DNA from: Alphaproteobacteria bacterium
GTDB lineage: Bacteria > Pseudomonadota > Alphaproteobacteria > MPNO01 > UBA830
Assembly: GCA_965243135.1 (NCBI GenBank)
Contig: OZ251539.1
Location: 5,088,001 to 5,152,000 of the forward strand
Length of the DNA: 64,000 nt
Direction: 5' to 3'
Of this stretch, positions 41,163 to 52,039 are shown one piece after another; the stretch's first letter is position 1; the number at the start of each line of letters is the position of its first letter. The translations under genes and the position numbers were made by a program. The notes under the pieces were generated by a model. That model did no database searches, was not told the origin of the DNA, and saw only the letters and a program-made list of their open reading frames with translations.

Positions 41163-41576
41163 ATGGAACCCGTTCTGCAAAGCTTCCTGACCGGTTTTCC
41201 GGTTCTGCTCCTTCATTTCGCGGTGACGCTCGCCATGCTCGCGCTGGGCGTGACCGTCTACCATCTGATCACGCCCTATCACGAGCTGCGGCTGATACGC
41301 GGCGGCAACACCGCCGCTTCGGTTTCCATCTCCGGCGCCATTCTCGGACTCGCGATCCCGCTCGCCGTCTGCATGGCGACCAGCGTCAGCGTCTGGGACA
41401 TCGTCGTCTGGGGCGTGGTGACGCTGGCCATTCAGCTGCTCGCCTACCGGATCGGCGACGCGCTGGTGAGCAATCTGCCGGCGCGCATCGAGAACGGCGA
41501 AATGGGCGCGGCGATCCTGGTCGTCGCCATCAAGATCGCCGTCGCGTTCGTCAACGCGGCCGCGATCGCCGGCTGA
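41163..41576 (+). CDS. DUF350 membrane protein
   Basis: ITPY.E..LIR.GN.AA, IE.GE..AA, NAAA. Confidence 0.9.
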   Translation: MEPVLQSFLTGFPVLLLHFAVTLAMLALGVTVYHLITPYHELRLIRGGNTAASVSISGAILGLAIPLAVCMATSVSVWDIVVWGVVTLAIQLLAYRIGDALVSNLPARIENGEMGAAILVVAIKIAVAFVNAAAIAG

Positions 41577-41582
41577 GCCGGC

Positions 41583-42413
41583 GTGAAGCTCCGCGACGTC
41601 CTCGCCCTCCTGCTGATCGCGGTCGTCGCCATCGGCGGGCGGATCTTCGGCGGAGACGCGCCGGGCGAGCGCCGCCCCGAGAGACCGTCGGCGGCGCCGG
41701 CCGCCGGAGGGAACCTGCCCCCGGAATCGTTCGACGATCCGCGCCTGATCGTCGACGTCGGGGAGAAGAACGCGAACGCGACCGGAACCGCGTTCTCCGT
41801 CGATCGTTCGGGCATCTGGATCACGGCGCGGCACGTGACCGAAGGATGCGCCTCCGTGGCCATTCGCCGGGGCGACGGCCGGCTGATCCGCGCGCGCCGC
41901 GTGGCGGCGCAGGGCTACGCCGACATGAGCCTGCTGTGGACGCGCGGCGGCGCGCCGTCATTGCCGACCGTCGACCCCGAACTGAGAATCGGCGAGGACG
42001 GCTACTCGTTCGGGTTTCCGCAGGGCGAACCCGGAGACGTGCATGCGCGGCTGGTCGGCCGAAGCAGGATGCTGGCTCGCGGCCGCTACCGGACGGACGA
42101 GCCGGTGGTGGCATGGACCCAGATACGCCGCGTGCCCGACCGCGGTCCGGATCTCGGCGGCATCAGCGGCGGTCCCTGGGTCAACGCGAACGGAGACGTC
42201 ATCGGCGTGCACGTCGCCGGCGCGCCCCGCCGCGGACGATCCTATTCCACTGCGCCGCGAACGCTTCTCCGTGCCCTCGAAAACGCCGGCCTCCGTCCCG
42301 GCGCCGGACGGACGGACACTCCGGAAAACCTGACCCCCGGCCGCTTCGAGAGATACGGCGACGAACTCCGCAGGCGGCAGACGGTCGCCCAGGTGGTCTG
42401 CCTGGTCGCATAG
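41583..42413 (+). CDS. Trypsin-like serine protease
   Basis: GTAF, ITARHV, D, G.SGGP. Confidence 0.88.
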   Translation: MKLRDVLALLLIAVVAIGGRIFGGDAPGERRPERPSAAPAAGGNLPPESFDDPRLIVDVGEKNANATGTAFSVDRSGIWITARHVTEGCASVAIRRGDGRLIRARRVAAQGYADMSLLWTRGGAPSLPTVDPELRIGEDGYSFGFPQGEPGDVHARLVGRSRMLARGRYRTDEPVVAWTQIRRVPDRGPDLGGISGGPWVNANGDVIGVHVAGAPRRGRSYSTAPRTLLRALENAGLRPGAGRTDTPENLTPGRFERYGDELRRRQTVAQVVCLVA

Positions 42414-42468
42414 CCGCGCGTCCGACCGGCGGCGGCGCGGGTTTTTCGAGAGGAAAGGCCCCGGGGCT

Positions 42469-43443
42469 TCAGCCGGCGAGTCTGGCCGTCAACCTGCGCG
42501 CCAGCGCGCCCACCACGCGGCGGCGATACCAGGGCGCGACGGTCGTGGTCCGCATCGGCTTCGCCTGCTTGCGCACGGTTTCGCGAATCGCGTCGAGCGC
42601 GTCCGCGTCGAGCGGCGCGCCGACGAATTTCTCCGTCCCCGTCACCATTTTCGGCAACGGGTTCACAGCGGTCAGCGCGATGCGAAGATCGGCCAGCCTG
42701 CCGTTCTCAATCGCCAGCAGCGCGGCGACGCCGGCGAGAGGGAAGTCGATCGATCCGCGAATGCGCGACTTCTCGTAGCCGGACCGGGCGGCGGCGGGGA
42801 GTCGCGGGAGAAGGACGGACGCGAGAAGCTCTCCCTCTCCCAGCGCGAGATGGTTCATGCCGTCGTCGCGATACAGGTCCGCCAGCGGGGTCGCGCGCGC
42901 GCCGCCGGGACCGACGAGCTCGGCTTCCGCTCCGCAGACCATCATTGCCGGCGCGACGTCTCCCGAATAAGCCGCGAAGCAGCGCTTGCCGCCCGGAGCC
43001 ACGTGGCAGACCGCGCCGAGGTGCTTGAGGCAGAACTCGTTGCTCTCGCGCCACCATTGCGACTGGTTGTAATAGATGCATCGCGTGTCGAGGCACAAAT
43101 TGCCGCCGACCGTGCCGTACCGGCGATGCGTCGGGCCCGCGACGGCCGCCGCGGCCTCCGCGACCGCGGGATAATCCCTGCGGAGGACGGCGTGGTCCGC
43201 GAGTTCCCGAAGCCGCGCGCCCGCGCCGACGCGAACGCGGTCGTCCGCAACCTCGATCCCGGCCATGTCCGCTATGCCGGACAGGTCGATCAGCGCCGCC
43301 GGCGTCTCGATGCCGCGCCGCACGTTGACGATCATGTCGGTTCCGCCCGCGAGGTAGCGCGCCTCCGGGTTAGCGGCCCTCAACGCGACCGCTTCGGCGG
43401 CCGTCGCCGGACGGTGAAGATCGAACTCGGGAAGATATTCCAT
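42469..43443 (-). CDS. hcrB: 4-hydroxybenzoyl-CoA reductase beta subunit
   Basis: AGGTD FAD motif plus [4Fe-4S] insert CLDTRC.YYNQS.WWR....CLK....CHVAP...RC. Confidence 0.9.
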   Translation of the reverse strand: MEYLPEFDLHRPATAAEAVALRAANPEARYLAGGTDMIVNVRRGIETPAALIDLSGIADMAGIEVADDRVRVGAGARLRELADHAVLRRDYPAVAEAAAAVAGPTHRRYGTVGGNLCLDTRCIYYNQSQWWRESNEFCLKHLGAVCHVAPGGKRCFAAYSGDVAPAMMVCGAEAELVGPGGARATPLADLYRDDGMNHLALGEGELLASVLLPRLPAAARSGYEKSRIRGSIDFPLAGVAALLAIENGRLADLRIALTAVNPLPKMVTGTEKFVGAPLDADALDAIRETVRKQAKPMRTTTVAPWYRRRVVGALARRLTARLAG

Positions 43444-43448
43444 GATTC

Positions 43449-45758
43449 CTACGCCCGGACGGCGGTTCGCTCCGCGTCCTCGAGAAGCCGCAGCAGGCGG
43501 TCGGGGGTGACCGGCAGTTCGTGGGGGCGCACGCCCATGGCGTCCGCGACGGCGCTGGTCAGCGCCGGCAGGAAGCCGGCAAGCGACGCCTCGCCCGCCT
43601 CCTTCGCCCCGAACGGTCCGTGCGGATCGTTGGACTCGACGATGTGGGCCTCGATGGGAGGCGATTCCACGATCGTCGGAACCCGGTAGTCGAGCATGTT
43701 GCCCGAGACCATGAGGCCGTCGTGGTAGCGAGTCTCTTCCGACAGCGCCTGTCCCATGCCCATCCAGACGGATCCCTGGATCTGGCCCTCGACGGTCAAC
43801 GGGTTGAGGGCCCGGCCGCAGTCGTGGGCCACCCAGACCTTGTCGACCGAGATCTCCGCGGTGTCGGGATCGACCGTCACTTCGACGACCTGGGCGGCGT
43901 AGGAGAACGCCATCGTGCCGCCGATCGCCGCGCCGCGGTACTTCTTGCCGCCCCAGCTTTCCGGCAGGGTTTCGAAATTGCCCTTTACGGTGATCGTTCC
44001 GGAGCCTTCGAGCGCCGCCGCGACCACCTCCTCGAAGGTCATGCCTTCGTCCTGGCTGCCGGCGCGATAGATCTCGCCGAGGCATTCGACGTCGTCCGGC
44101 TTGACGCCGAGCTTGCGGGCCGCGGCCTCGACCAGAACCGACTTCAGGTTACCGGCCGCCTCGATCGCCGCGTTGCCGACCATGAAGGTGACGCGGGAAG
44201 AATAGGAGCCGTTGTCCTTCGGCGTGACGCGGCTGTCGGCCGCGACGATCTTGACGCGCGCGGGATCCACGCCCAGCACCTCCGACACGCACTGGACGAG
44301 AACCGTGCTCGATCCCTGGCCGATCTCGGACGCGCCGGTCAGGATCACGACGGATCCGTCGAAATCGAGCTTGACGTTGACGGTGGCGTGCGGCTCGCCG
44401 GTCCAGTTGACCGGCTTGGAAGCGCCGGAAACGTAGTGGGAGCAGCCGAGGCCCAGCCCCTTTCCGGGCGGCAGGCGGCCCTTTCGCTCCTTCCACCCGG
44501 ACGAGCGCTCGACGATGTCGAGGCATTCCGGCAGCCCGTAGGAATTGACCCAGAGATCGTTGGCGGTGTGCCCCATCTCGGAGATCAGGTTGGCGCGCCG
44601 GACCGCGAACGGGTCGAGCCCGAGGCGCCCCGCCATCTCGTCGAGCGCGTTCTCGAACGCATGGCGGACATTGACCGTTCCGTGGCCGCGAAACGCGCCG
44701 CACGGCGGCGTGTTCGTCAGCGCCCGCTTGCCGTCGTAGCGCACGTTGCGCAGATCGTAGATCGCGAACAGCATCGAGCCCGAATAGAGAATCGTGACGA
44801 TTCCGTAGCCGGAGTAAGCGCCGCCGCGCTGCACGGTCCTGCAATCGACGGCGGTGATCCGGCCGTCCGCCTTCATTCCCATCCTGATTCTGACCGTCTG
44901 TTCGGGCCGGCCGCGATGGGTGATGAAAGTGTCTTCCCGGCTGATCACGATGCGCACGGCTCCCCCGGCGCGGCGCGCGAGCATGGCGGCGATCATTTCC
45001 ACGTTCAGCGCTTCGGTGCGGCAGCCGAAGCCGCCGCCGAGGAAGGGCTTGACGACGCGGATCTTCGACTGCGGCATTCCGAGGATCTTCGCCAGCATCA
45101 GATGGACGTAATAGGGCACCTGCGTGCTGGCGTGAACGGTCAGCTCCCCGCGGGCGGCGTCGTATTCGGCGAAGGCGGCGTGAGGCTCGGTCTGGACCTG
45201 GCATACCTCGGCGCAGAGGTATTCGGTCTCGTGGACCAGATCGGCCTCCGCGAAGCCCGACTCGACGTCGCCGATTTCGAACTCGACGTGCCGTTCGACG
45301 TTGCCGGGCCGATGATCGTGGAGGTCGACGGCGTCGGGCGACATCGCCTCGTCCGCGGAGAAGCAGGCGGGCAAGGCCTCGTACTCGATCCGGACGAGGT
45401 CGCAGGCGCGCCGCGCGATCGCGATCGTGTCGGCGGCGACGGCCGCCACCGGCTCGCCGCGGTAACGCACGCGGTCGCGGGCGATGGGCGGTTCGGTCCG
45501 CGCGACGGGAAGCACGCCGTGGCCTTCCGCGGTCTCGCCGCCGGCGACGACGGCGCGGACGCCGGGCAACGCCTCGGCGGCCGAAACGTCCACCGACAGG
45601 ATGCGCGCGTGCGCCACCGGGCTCCGCTTTATGAAGCCGGCCAGCGCGCCGGGGTCGGCGAAGTCGGCGGTATAGCGCGCCTTGCCCGAGATCTTCTCGG
45701 GGCCGTCGACCATCGGCATCGGCACGCCGATGGAAGGGACGGGGGCGATCTCCGTCAC
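43449..45758 (-). CDS. hcrA: 4-hydroxybenzoyl-CoA reductase alpha (Mo) subunit
   Basis: TQVPYYVH, GGGFG.RTE, PPCGAFRGHG, KYRGAAIG, GAKEAGE. Confidence 0.9.
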   Translation of the reverse strand: MTEIAPVPSIGVPMPMVDGPEKISGKARYTADFADPGALAGFIKRSPVAHARILSVDVSAAEALPGVRAVVAGGETAEGHGVLPVARTEPPIARDRVRYRGEPVAAVAADTIAIARRACDLVRIEYEALPACFSADEAMSPDAVDLHDHRPGNVERHVEFEIGDVESGFAEADLVHETEYLCAEVCQVQTEPHAAFAEYDAARGELTVHASTQVPYYVHLMLAKILGMPQSKIRVVKPFLGGGFGCRTEALNVEMIAAMLARRAGGAVRIVISREDTFITHRGRPEQTVRIRMGMKADGRITAVDCRTVQRGGAYSGYGIVTILYSGSMLFAIYDLRNVRYDGKRALTNTPPCGAFRGHGTVNVRHAFENALDEMAGRLGLDPFAVRRANLISEMGHTANDLWVNSYGLPECLDIVERSSGWKERKGRLPPGKGLGLGCSHYVSGASKPVNWTGEPHATVNVKLDFDGSVVILTGASEIGQGSSTVLVQCVSEVLGVDPARVKIVAADSRVTPKDNGSYSSRVTFMVGNAAIEAAGNLKSVLVEAAARKLGVKPDDVECLGEIYRAGSQDEGMTFEEVVAAALEGSGTITVKGNFETLPESWGGKKYRGAAIGGTMAFSYAAQVVEVTVDPDTAEISVDKVWVAHDCGRALNPLTVEGQIQGSVWMGMGQALSEETRYHDGLMVSGNMLDYRVPTIVESPPIEAHIVESNDPHGPFGAKEAGEASLAGFLPALTSAVADAMGVRPHELPVTPDRLLRLLEDAERTAVRA

Positions 45759-46228
45759 GCCGTCCGCAACTCTTCGGCCGCCATCCGAACCGCCTCGATT
45801 ATCTTCACGTATCCGGTGCAGCGGCAAATATTGGAGGCCATTTCGACGCGGATCGTTTCCTCGTCGGGATCCGGGTTCCTGCGCAGCAAGCCCTCGGCCG
45901 CCATCACCATGCCGGGCGTGCAATACCCGCACTGCGCGCCCAGCTTCTCGTGAAAGCCCCGCTGGATGGCGTTCAGCCGGCCGCCGGCCGCCAGCGATTC
46001 GACGGTCTCGACCGACTTGCCGCCGCAAACGGCGGCGAGGGTCAGGCAGGAGTGCCTCGCCTCGCCGTCGACCAGGACGGTGCACAACCCGCATTCCCCG
46101 CCGTCGCAGCCGATCTTGGTGCCGGTCAGCCCGACGGTCTCGCGCAGATAGTCGACCAGGAGAAGATTGCCGGGAACCGCGTCTTCGCGCAGGCGTCCGT
46201 TCACCTCGATCGAAAGCAGCGTTTTCAT
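45755..46228 (-). CDS. hcrC: 4-hydroxybenzoyl-CoA reductase gamma (2x[2Fe-2S]) subunit
   Basis: GTK.GCDGGECG.CTV, QCGYCTPG, CRCTGY; overlaps hcrA start. Confidence 0.88.
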   Translation of the reverse strand: MKTLLSIEVNGRLREDAVPGNLLLVDYLRETVGLTGTKIGCDGGECGLCTVLVDGEARHSCLTLAAVCGGKSVETVESLAAGGRLNAIQRGFHEKLGAQCGYCTPGMVMAAEGLLRRNPDPDEETIRVEMASNICRCTGYVKIIEAVRMAAEELRTA

Positions 46229-46311
46229 GTCCAATCACCTTCGCCCGGGAACGGGAACCGGCGGCGGGAGAAACCGCCTTCGGCCGACGGAGCCGGGAAC
46301 ATCGGCCGCCG

Positions 46312-46341
46312 CAATATGCAACATGCCGCCCGCCGCATCAA
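46312..46341 (-). promoter_or_regulatory. Putative sigma70 promoter of hcrCAB
   Basis: TTGATG-17 nt-CATATT on minus strand. Confidence 0.35.
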
Positions 46342-46571
46342 GGTTGCCCGCCGAACGGGTTTCAGGGGCCGTCGGGCGGGACGAGGACTTGGAATCGTCG
46401 TTCCTGCCGGACGGGCGGCGGGAGTCGGCGCGCGAGACTGGGCCTTGAGGAGGCAGCGCAAGGACAAGCCGGTCAAGCACCTGCCGTGCGCGACGGTCCG
46501 CTGCCCACGCGGAGATTGCCGCAGCGCGACCGCCTCTTGACGGCTCCAGTGCGGCAGCCTACTCTCTTCGG

Positions 46572-48102
46572 ATGGCGAGACGCATGCTTCCGACCGGCAT
46601 GACCTCCCTCCGGGAGATCCGGGAGATGGACTGCTACTACGTCGACAAGACGGAGCATGTGCGCCGCCTCGTCGAGAGGGGCAAATACAACTTCCTGTCG
46701 CGCCCGCGCCGGTTCGGCAAGAGCCTCTTGGTGGACACGCTGCAGAAGCTGTTCGAGGGAAGCGAGGAGTTGTTCCGGGGCCTCGCCATACACGACGGTT
46801 GGGACTGGTCGGCGCGCCGTCCGGTCGTGCGGCTCAGCTTCGGCGGACGCAATTTCGTTGTCCCGGACCGCGTTCGGGCAACGGCGGAAAGGCAGTTGGC
46901 GGCGACGGAGCGGCGCGGCGGCCTCGAACCGGGCCCCGTCGATACGGCGGCCCGTTTCCAGGAATTGATCGAGGCCCTGCACGAGCGCACCGGGCAGCGG
47001 GCGGTCGTTCTGGTCGACGAATACGACAAGCCGGTCCGCGCTCGGCGACCGGGAACTGGCGCTGGCCAACCGCGACTTCCTGCGCGACCTGTACGGGGTG
47101 ATCAAGGAGTGCGACGAGCATCTCCGTTTCGTTTTCCTGACGGGAGTAACCAAGTTCTCGAAAGCGGGTCCGCTCTCGGGCCTGAACAACCTGACCGACA
47201 TCACCCTTGATCCGCGTTTCGGCGCCCTTTGCGGCTACACGGACGAAGAGCTGGACGCGGTCTTCGCTCCTGAACTCGAGGGCCTGGACCGGGACGAGAT
47301 CCGCCGCTGGTACAACGGCTACAACTGGCGCGGCGCGGAGAAGGTCTACAATCCGTTTGACGTCCTCTTTCTTTTCGAAACGCGCGAGTTCAAGGCGCAC
47401 TGGTTCGAGACCGGGACGCCAAGCTTTCTCGTCGATCTTCTGTCGCGGCGCCGGGTCGCGCCTCCGGCCCTGGAGAGCATGGTCGCGGACGACTCGCTGC
47501 TGTCGGCCTTCGACGTCGACGACACCGAAGCGCTTTTGTTCCAGACCGGCTATCTGACCATCGTCGGGGAGGAAGCCGTCGGCGTCCGGAGCCTGTACCG
47601 GCTGGATTATCCGAACTACGAGGTGAAGTTCAGCCTGAACGGGCGGCTGCTGCGCACGATGTCTCCGGCAACGGGAGGGGAGGCGATGCGGCAGGCGGAA
47701 CTTGCCAGGCTGACGGCGGAGGACGATCCGGAGAAGGTGAGGGCGCTGTTCGAGGCGTTCTTCGCGAGCGTTCCTCACGATTGGCACCGGAAGAACGACC
47801 TCTACGAGGGCTATTGGGCGGCCCTCGTCTACTCGCACTTCGCGGCGGCGGGGCTGGACGTTCGGGTCGAGGAAGCGACCGCCCGCGGGCGCCTGGACAT
47901 GGCTGTGCTCAGTCCGGGATGCGTGCATCTGTACGAGTTCAAGGTCGTGGATCAACAGCACGAAGGCCAAGCGCTGGCGCAGATGCGGGAGCGTGGCTAC
48001 GCGGACAAGTATCGGCATCTTGGGGTGCCGATCCGGTTGATCGGCATGGAGTTCGGCCGGGAGGAGCGCAACATCGTCGGGTTCGAGTTCGAAACCGCCT
48101 GA
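46572..48102 (+). pseudogene. AAA-ATPase-like + PD-(D/E)XK nuclease protein, frameshifted at ~47036
   Basis: YYVDKT, LSRPRRFGKSL, DEYDKP then shift; LTGV.KFSK, WYNGY, YNPF, LFQTGYLT, GR.D, EFK, Y..KY. Confidence 0.88.
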
Positions 48103-48287
48103 TGCCGGGCGGGTTCGACATCCCGTCCTGACGTTTCGACAAGTTGAACCGCTTCCGCGAAAGGCCGCCACCCGCGTCGCGGTGCGCCTCGCCGGGGGGC
48201 CGCCAGGACGTCATCGCCATCTTCCGTTTTCGCGCTTCGGCAACGGAGGATCGCCGCCGCTCCGAACGTTGGTTGCCCGCGAACGCG

Positions 48288-49481
48288 TCAGACCGCCTTG
48301 TTGACCGGTTCGAGTCCGAGCGCCACGCGGCCGTATTCAGCGCCGTTGATGTCGAAATTGACCTGCACCTGCCCGGCGGCCGCATGCATGTCGCGGAACC
48401 GCCGCTGGAAGGGATTGGAAAGATAGTTTCCGCCCGCGCCGATCGCGGATTGCAGAATCTGGACGGATCTGACGCAGTTCTGCGCCGCCCAGGCTCCGTC
48501 GCGTCGCCACCTGACCTTTTCCTCCACCGTCGGCATGCGCCCGGTTTCGGCGATGCGTTCGGCTTCCCGGATATTGTCGTGCGCCAGCAGCCGCGCCGCC
48601 TGTATGAGCGCGCCGGCCTCGGCCACCTTCATCTGAATCTGGGTATGCCCCGCGAGAGGCGAAGCATTGTAGGTGGAAACGCGTTCGCGGATTTCGGCCG
48701 CGTAGTCGTCCCACGCACCCTGGGCGATTCCGATCATCGGGCCGACGAGGATGTGCGGAAAGAGCCCGAGCACCGGCAACTGGTAGAGCAGGCCGGGCGA
48801 ATGCGGCGTTCCGGGCGTCGGGCCGCCGCGGGTGTGGGCCGGCTCCAGAGTCATGCAGTCGGGAACGTGGACTCCTTCGCAAGCGACGTCGCGGCTTCCG
48901 GTACCGACCAGCCCGCTGACGTGCCAGGTATCGATTTCCTCGAAGGACGCGCGAGGAAGCACCAGCCACAGCGGACGTCGCGGTCCGTCGTCCTCGATCA
49001 TGGCGGCCATCATCATCCAGTCGCTGGGATCGATGCCGCTGCAGTAGGGCCATCTTCCCGACAGTTCGAAGCCGCCGGTTACGCGCCGGGCGCGACCGGC
49101 GGTCGCCACGAGCGAAGACGCGATCAGCGCGCGGGGATTGTCCTTCCACACAGCGTCCTGCGCTTCGGCGCGCCACATGGGCAGCATCCAGTCGTGGCTG
49201 ATGAGATTGCTGTAGATCCAGGCGGTGGATGCGCAGCCGCGCGCGATGCGGTCGGGTATGTCGATGACCGTGCCGTAGTCGAGTTCGAGGCCGCCGTACC
49301 GCCTCGGCTTGAGGATCGACCACAGTCCGGTTTCCCAGAAATCCTCGACCGTATCCGGGTGAATCTCCCGGGTTCTTTCGACTTCCTCGGCCCGTTCCGC
49401 GACCCGCGGCGTCAGCGCCGCGGCCCGGGCGACCATCTTCTCACGGCCGGGGATTTGCCCGGCCTCGCTTACTGCTTGCAT
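48288..49481 (-). CDS. Flavin-dependent monooxygenase (acyl-CoA dehydrogenase-like, HsaA type)
   Basis: P.RYGG.E, C.S.AW, GRW...SG, DTW.V.GL.GTGS, QR.FRD. Confidence 0.88.
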   Translation of the reverse strand: MQAVSEAGQIPGREKMVARAAALTPRVAERAEEVERTREIHPDTVEDFWETGLWSILKPRRYGGLELDYGTVIDIPDRIARGCASTAWIYSNLISHDWMLPMWRAEAQDAVWKDNPRALIASSLVATAGRARRVTGGFELSGRWPYCSGIDPSDWMMMAAMIEDDGPRRPLWLVLPRASFEEIDTWHVSGLVGTGSRDVACEGVHVPDCMTLEPAHTRGGPTPGTPHSPGLLYQLPVLGLFPHILVGPMIGIAQGAWDDYAAEIRERVSTYNASPLAGHTQIQMKVAEAGALIQAARLLAHDNIREAERIAETGRMPTVEEKVRWRRDGAWAAQNCVRSVQILQSAIGAGGNYLSNPFQRRFRDMHAAAGQVQVNFDINGAEYGRVALGLEPVNKAV

Positions 49482-49525
49482 CGCGTTCCGTTCCGGGAAT
49501 CCGGGGCGCCAGCCGTCACGCCGCG

Positions 49526-49951
49526 TCAGACCCGGTCTTCGTTCCAGTAATTCAGCTCGATCATGATGCCGTTCGGATCCTCCACGAAGATCTGGAACAG
49601 ATCCATGTTGGGCACCTTGCGTTCGCGATACGGATATCCGTGCTTCTTCAGTCGGCCGCGCACGGACTCCGGCTCCTTCGCGCGAAACGCGATGTGATCG
49701 AAGGCGCCGGAACCGTCGAGCGCCTCGGCGCTGATCTCTCCTCCGAGATACTCCTGGAGTCCCGACGGATCGTCCGGATCGACGCCGACGAGATGGACGA
49801 CCGCCGTGCCGTCGACGTACAGCCAAGCGCCCGGGAAGGGGAAATCCGGCCGATCCCCGTCGGTCATTCCGAGGATATCGACATAGAAATCGCGGGTCTC
49901 TTCAAGCTTCACCGTACGGATCGAGCAATGGTCGAGCGAATTGAGACTCAT
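49526..49951 (-). CDS. VOC/glyoxalase family protein
   Basis: LDH..IRT..LE.T..FY, RP.F.FPGAWLY, DHIAF, DPNG..IE. Confidence 0.92.
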   Translation of the reverse strand: MSLNSLDHCSIRTVKLEETRDFYVDILGMTDGDRPDFPFPGAWLYVDGTAVVHLVGVDPDDPSGLQEYLGGEISAEALDGSGAFDHIAFRAKEPESVRGRLKKHGYPYRERKVPNMDLFQIFVEDPNGIMIELNYWNEDRV

Positions 49952-50491
49952 TGGCCTTACTCCCTGTCTGTCTCCTGTCTTCGGAGTCTAGAACCCGATC
50001 TCCGTCAACACAAACGAACAGCCGCAGCGGCGGGCGCGGCGCCGACGCTGCGTCCGTCGGATCCTTGTACCGGAAACCGGAGCGCCGCGCAGGCCGGAGA
50101 CGGCCTCAAGGCAGGCATCCTCCGAACGCCGACAACTCTCCGAGAGGGGACAGGGGAGACAGGCGGCGAGGACTTTCGGCCTCGTCAGGCTCGCTCGGTG
50201 GATCGCGAGCGCGGATTCCTCGCGGCGGCGGCCGCGCCGGCGAGCCCGCCCACCCGCAGGTCCTTCTACAATCTCCGCCAAGACCCGGCGGCGAAGCTCG
50301 CGGCTTGTGCCCGCGGAAGTTCTTTGCGATTGCCGAGCCATGCCCGCAATAGGCACCGAACGCCGCCGGATTTGACAAATCCTTGGCCAGCGTGAATATT
50401 GCTAATGTACGCATTGGTCGATAGCGTAGGCGCCAAGGTGGAATGAAGCGTTCGAGACGATAACGCTATTCAGAAGATCAAGGGGTAAGAG

Positions 50492-52039
50492 ATGGAGAAT
50501 CCGGATATCAGGCTTGCAAAGGAAATTCCAGATTCAGCGAGCCCGAACGTCCGCATCAAGGTTGCAAACTTCGGGCCCATCGCCAATGGCGCGGTGGATC
50601 TTCGGCCGCTCACGGTGTTCGTCGGTCCGAGCAACACCGGAAAGACCTACCTTGCCATTCTGATTTACGCGCTGCACAAAGTGCTTGAAGGATTTTCGCG
50701 TCTCCCCCCCGTGACAAGACATTTCTACCGCGTTGGAAAAGAAATGCCGATATCGGATGCAACCACTGCAGAGGTAATTTCTAGCGTTGATGTCGATAAA
50801 CGACCGTTCTTTTTTTCCGACTTGCCTGAAATCGCACAAAATACTACGCAAAACATCCTTCAAAATCCGGATTACATGGCTGCGCATTTGAAGGAAGAAT
50901 TAGAAAGATGCTTCGATCTGAAGGATGCTGTGGATCTGATTGGATCATCCGCGAAGCTTGGCAAAATGGATATATCTCTTATAGTCAAAAACGGCGACAA
51001 GGAACTTTGGAATTTTTCCATGGGAGTATCAAATTCGACAATTTTTGCGGATGGAAGAATCAAGGATATGGTCCTTATACCGGAAACCATATCTGATTCA
51101 GATGATGAAGTTACTTTCCAGCTTCTTTGGAAAAGTTTAAACGACAAAAAAATGGATAACGTATTTTTCTTCTTCATGGAATTCCTAAATTTATTGTCTT
51201 ACATCACAAGAAATGAGAAATATCCAGACAGCCATTACTTGCCAGCCGCTCGTAGCGGCATCATGCAGAGTCACCGCTTCATTGCCGGCTCCCTCGTAGC
51301 TAGATCTACGCGAGCAGCCCTAGAACGTTTTCCAGAATTTCCAACATTCTCTGGCGTGACGGCCGATTTCATGCAACGCCTCATTCTTTACGATGCAGCC
51401 GATCCATATCCTAGGTATCGTCCGCGCAGTGAGCCGTCGAAAGCGTTGCTAGATATTGTGGATGCTTTGGAACGCAAGATGTTGTGTGGCAGCATCGAGA
51501 CAATTACGGAATCGCCAAACGGCTATCCAGAGTTCGTCTACAGACCCCGAAATTCCAAGAAGTCCATACGATTGAACCGTGCATCATCAATGGTATCCGA
51601 GTTGGCACCCATCGTACTTTTCCTTCGGAACAATATCCGCAAGGGCGATACCTTCATCATCGAAGAGCCGGAGGCGCACCTTCATCCCGCGGCCCAGACG
51701 GAGATAGCGACAATCCTTGCGCAGTTGGTCCGTAGCGGCGTCAGGGTCGTGGCGACCACGCACAGCGACTGGTTGCTCAAAGCCATCGCAAACTTGATGC
51801 GCGAAGGTGAACTCGGAACGGTTGAAGGCAGCCCCTCGTCGCCGATATCGTTGCAACCGCACGAGGTAGGAATATGGCTATTTCGCAAGGATGGTACGAC
51901 AGGATCGACGGTGGAGGAAATACCGTTCGACCGTATCGAGGGTATAGAGCCGACGGATTATGAGGATGTTGCCGAACAACTCTACAATCGTTCCGCTGAC
52001 CTTCAGAACAAGCTTGAAAGGGTGGCTAGCAAGGCATGA
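50492..52039 (+). CDS. ABC-type (AAA_15/AAA_21-like) ATPase
   Basis: NFGPI, GPSNTGKT Walker A, PAARSG, ASSMVSEL signature-like, IIEEPEAHLHP Walker B, TTHSD; AT-rich. Confidence 0.9.
   Translation: MENPDIRLAKEIPDSASPNVRIKVANFGPIANGAVDLRPLTVFVGPSNTGKTYLAILIYALHKVLEGFSRLPPVTRHFYRVGKEMPISDATTAEVISSVDVDKRPFFFSDLPEIAQNTTQNILQNPDYMAAHLKEELERCFDLKDAVDLIGSSAKLGKMDISLIVKNGDKELWNFSMGVSNSTIFADGRIKDMVLIPETISDSDDEVTFQLLWKSLNDKKMDNVFFFFMEFLNLLSYITRNEKYPDSHYLPAARSGIMQSHRFIAGSLVARSTRAALERFPEFPTFSGVTADFMQRLILYDAADPYPRYRPRSEPSKALLDIVDALERKMLCGSIETITESPNGYPEFVYRPRNSKKSIRLNRASSMVSELAPIVLFLRNNIRKGDTFIIEEPEAHLHPAAQTEIATILAQLVRSGVRVVATTHSDWLLKAIANLMREGELGTVEGSPSSPISLQPHEVGIWLFRKDGTTGSTVEEIPFDRIEGIEPTDYEDVAEQLYNRSADLQNKLERVASKA

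Noticed and set aside
568-45953. Numerous long antisense or alternate-frame ORFs (e.g. 568-2616, 15318-17267, 22964-25528, 43521-45953)
   Set aside because: Shadow ORFs of high-GC genes; Arg/Pro/Gly-rich with no family motifs
49960-50165. Long-range imperfect inverted repeat covering the VOC gene RBS (riboswitch-like)
   Set aside because: Weak, low-complexity match; a promoter-like TTGTGT-17-TAGACT lies between the arms, so both arms are probably not co-transcribed; no known aptamer motif
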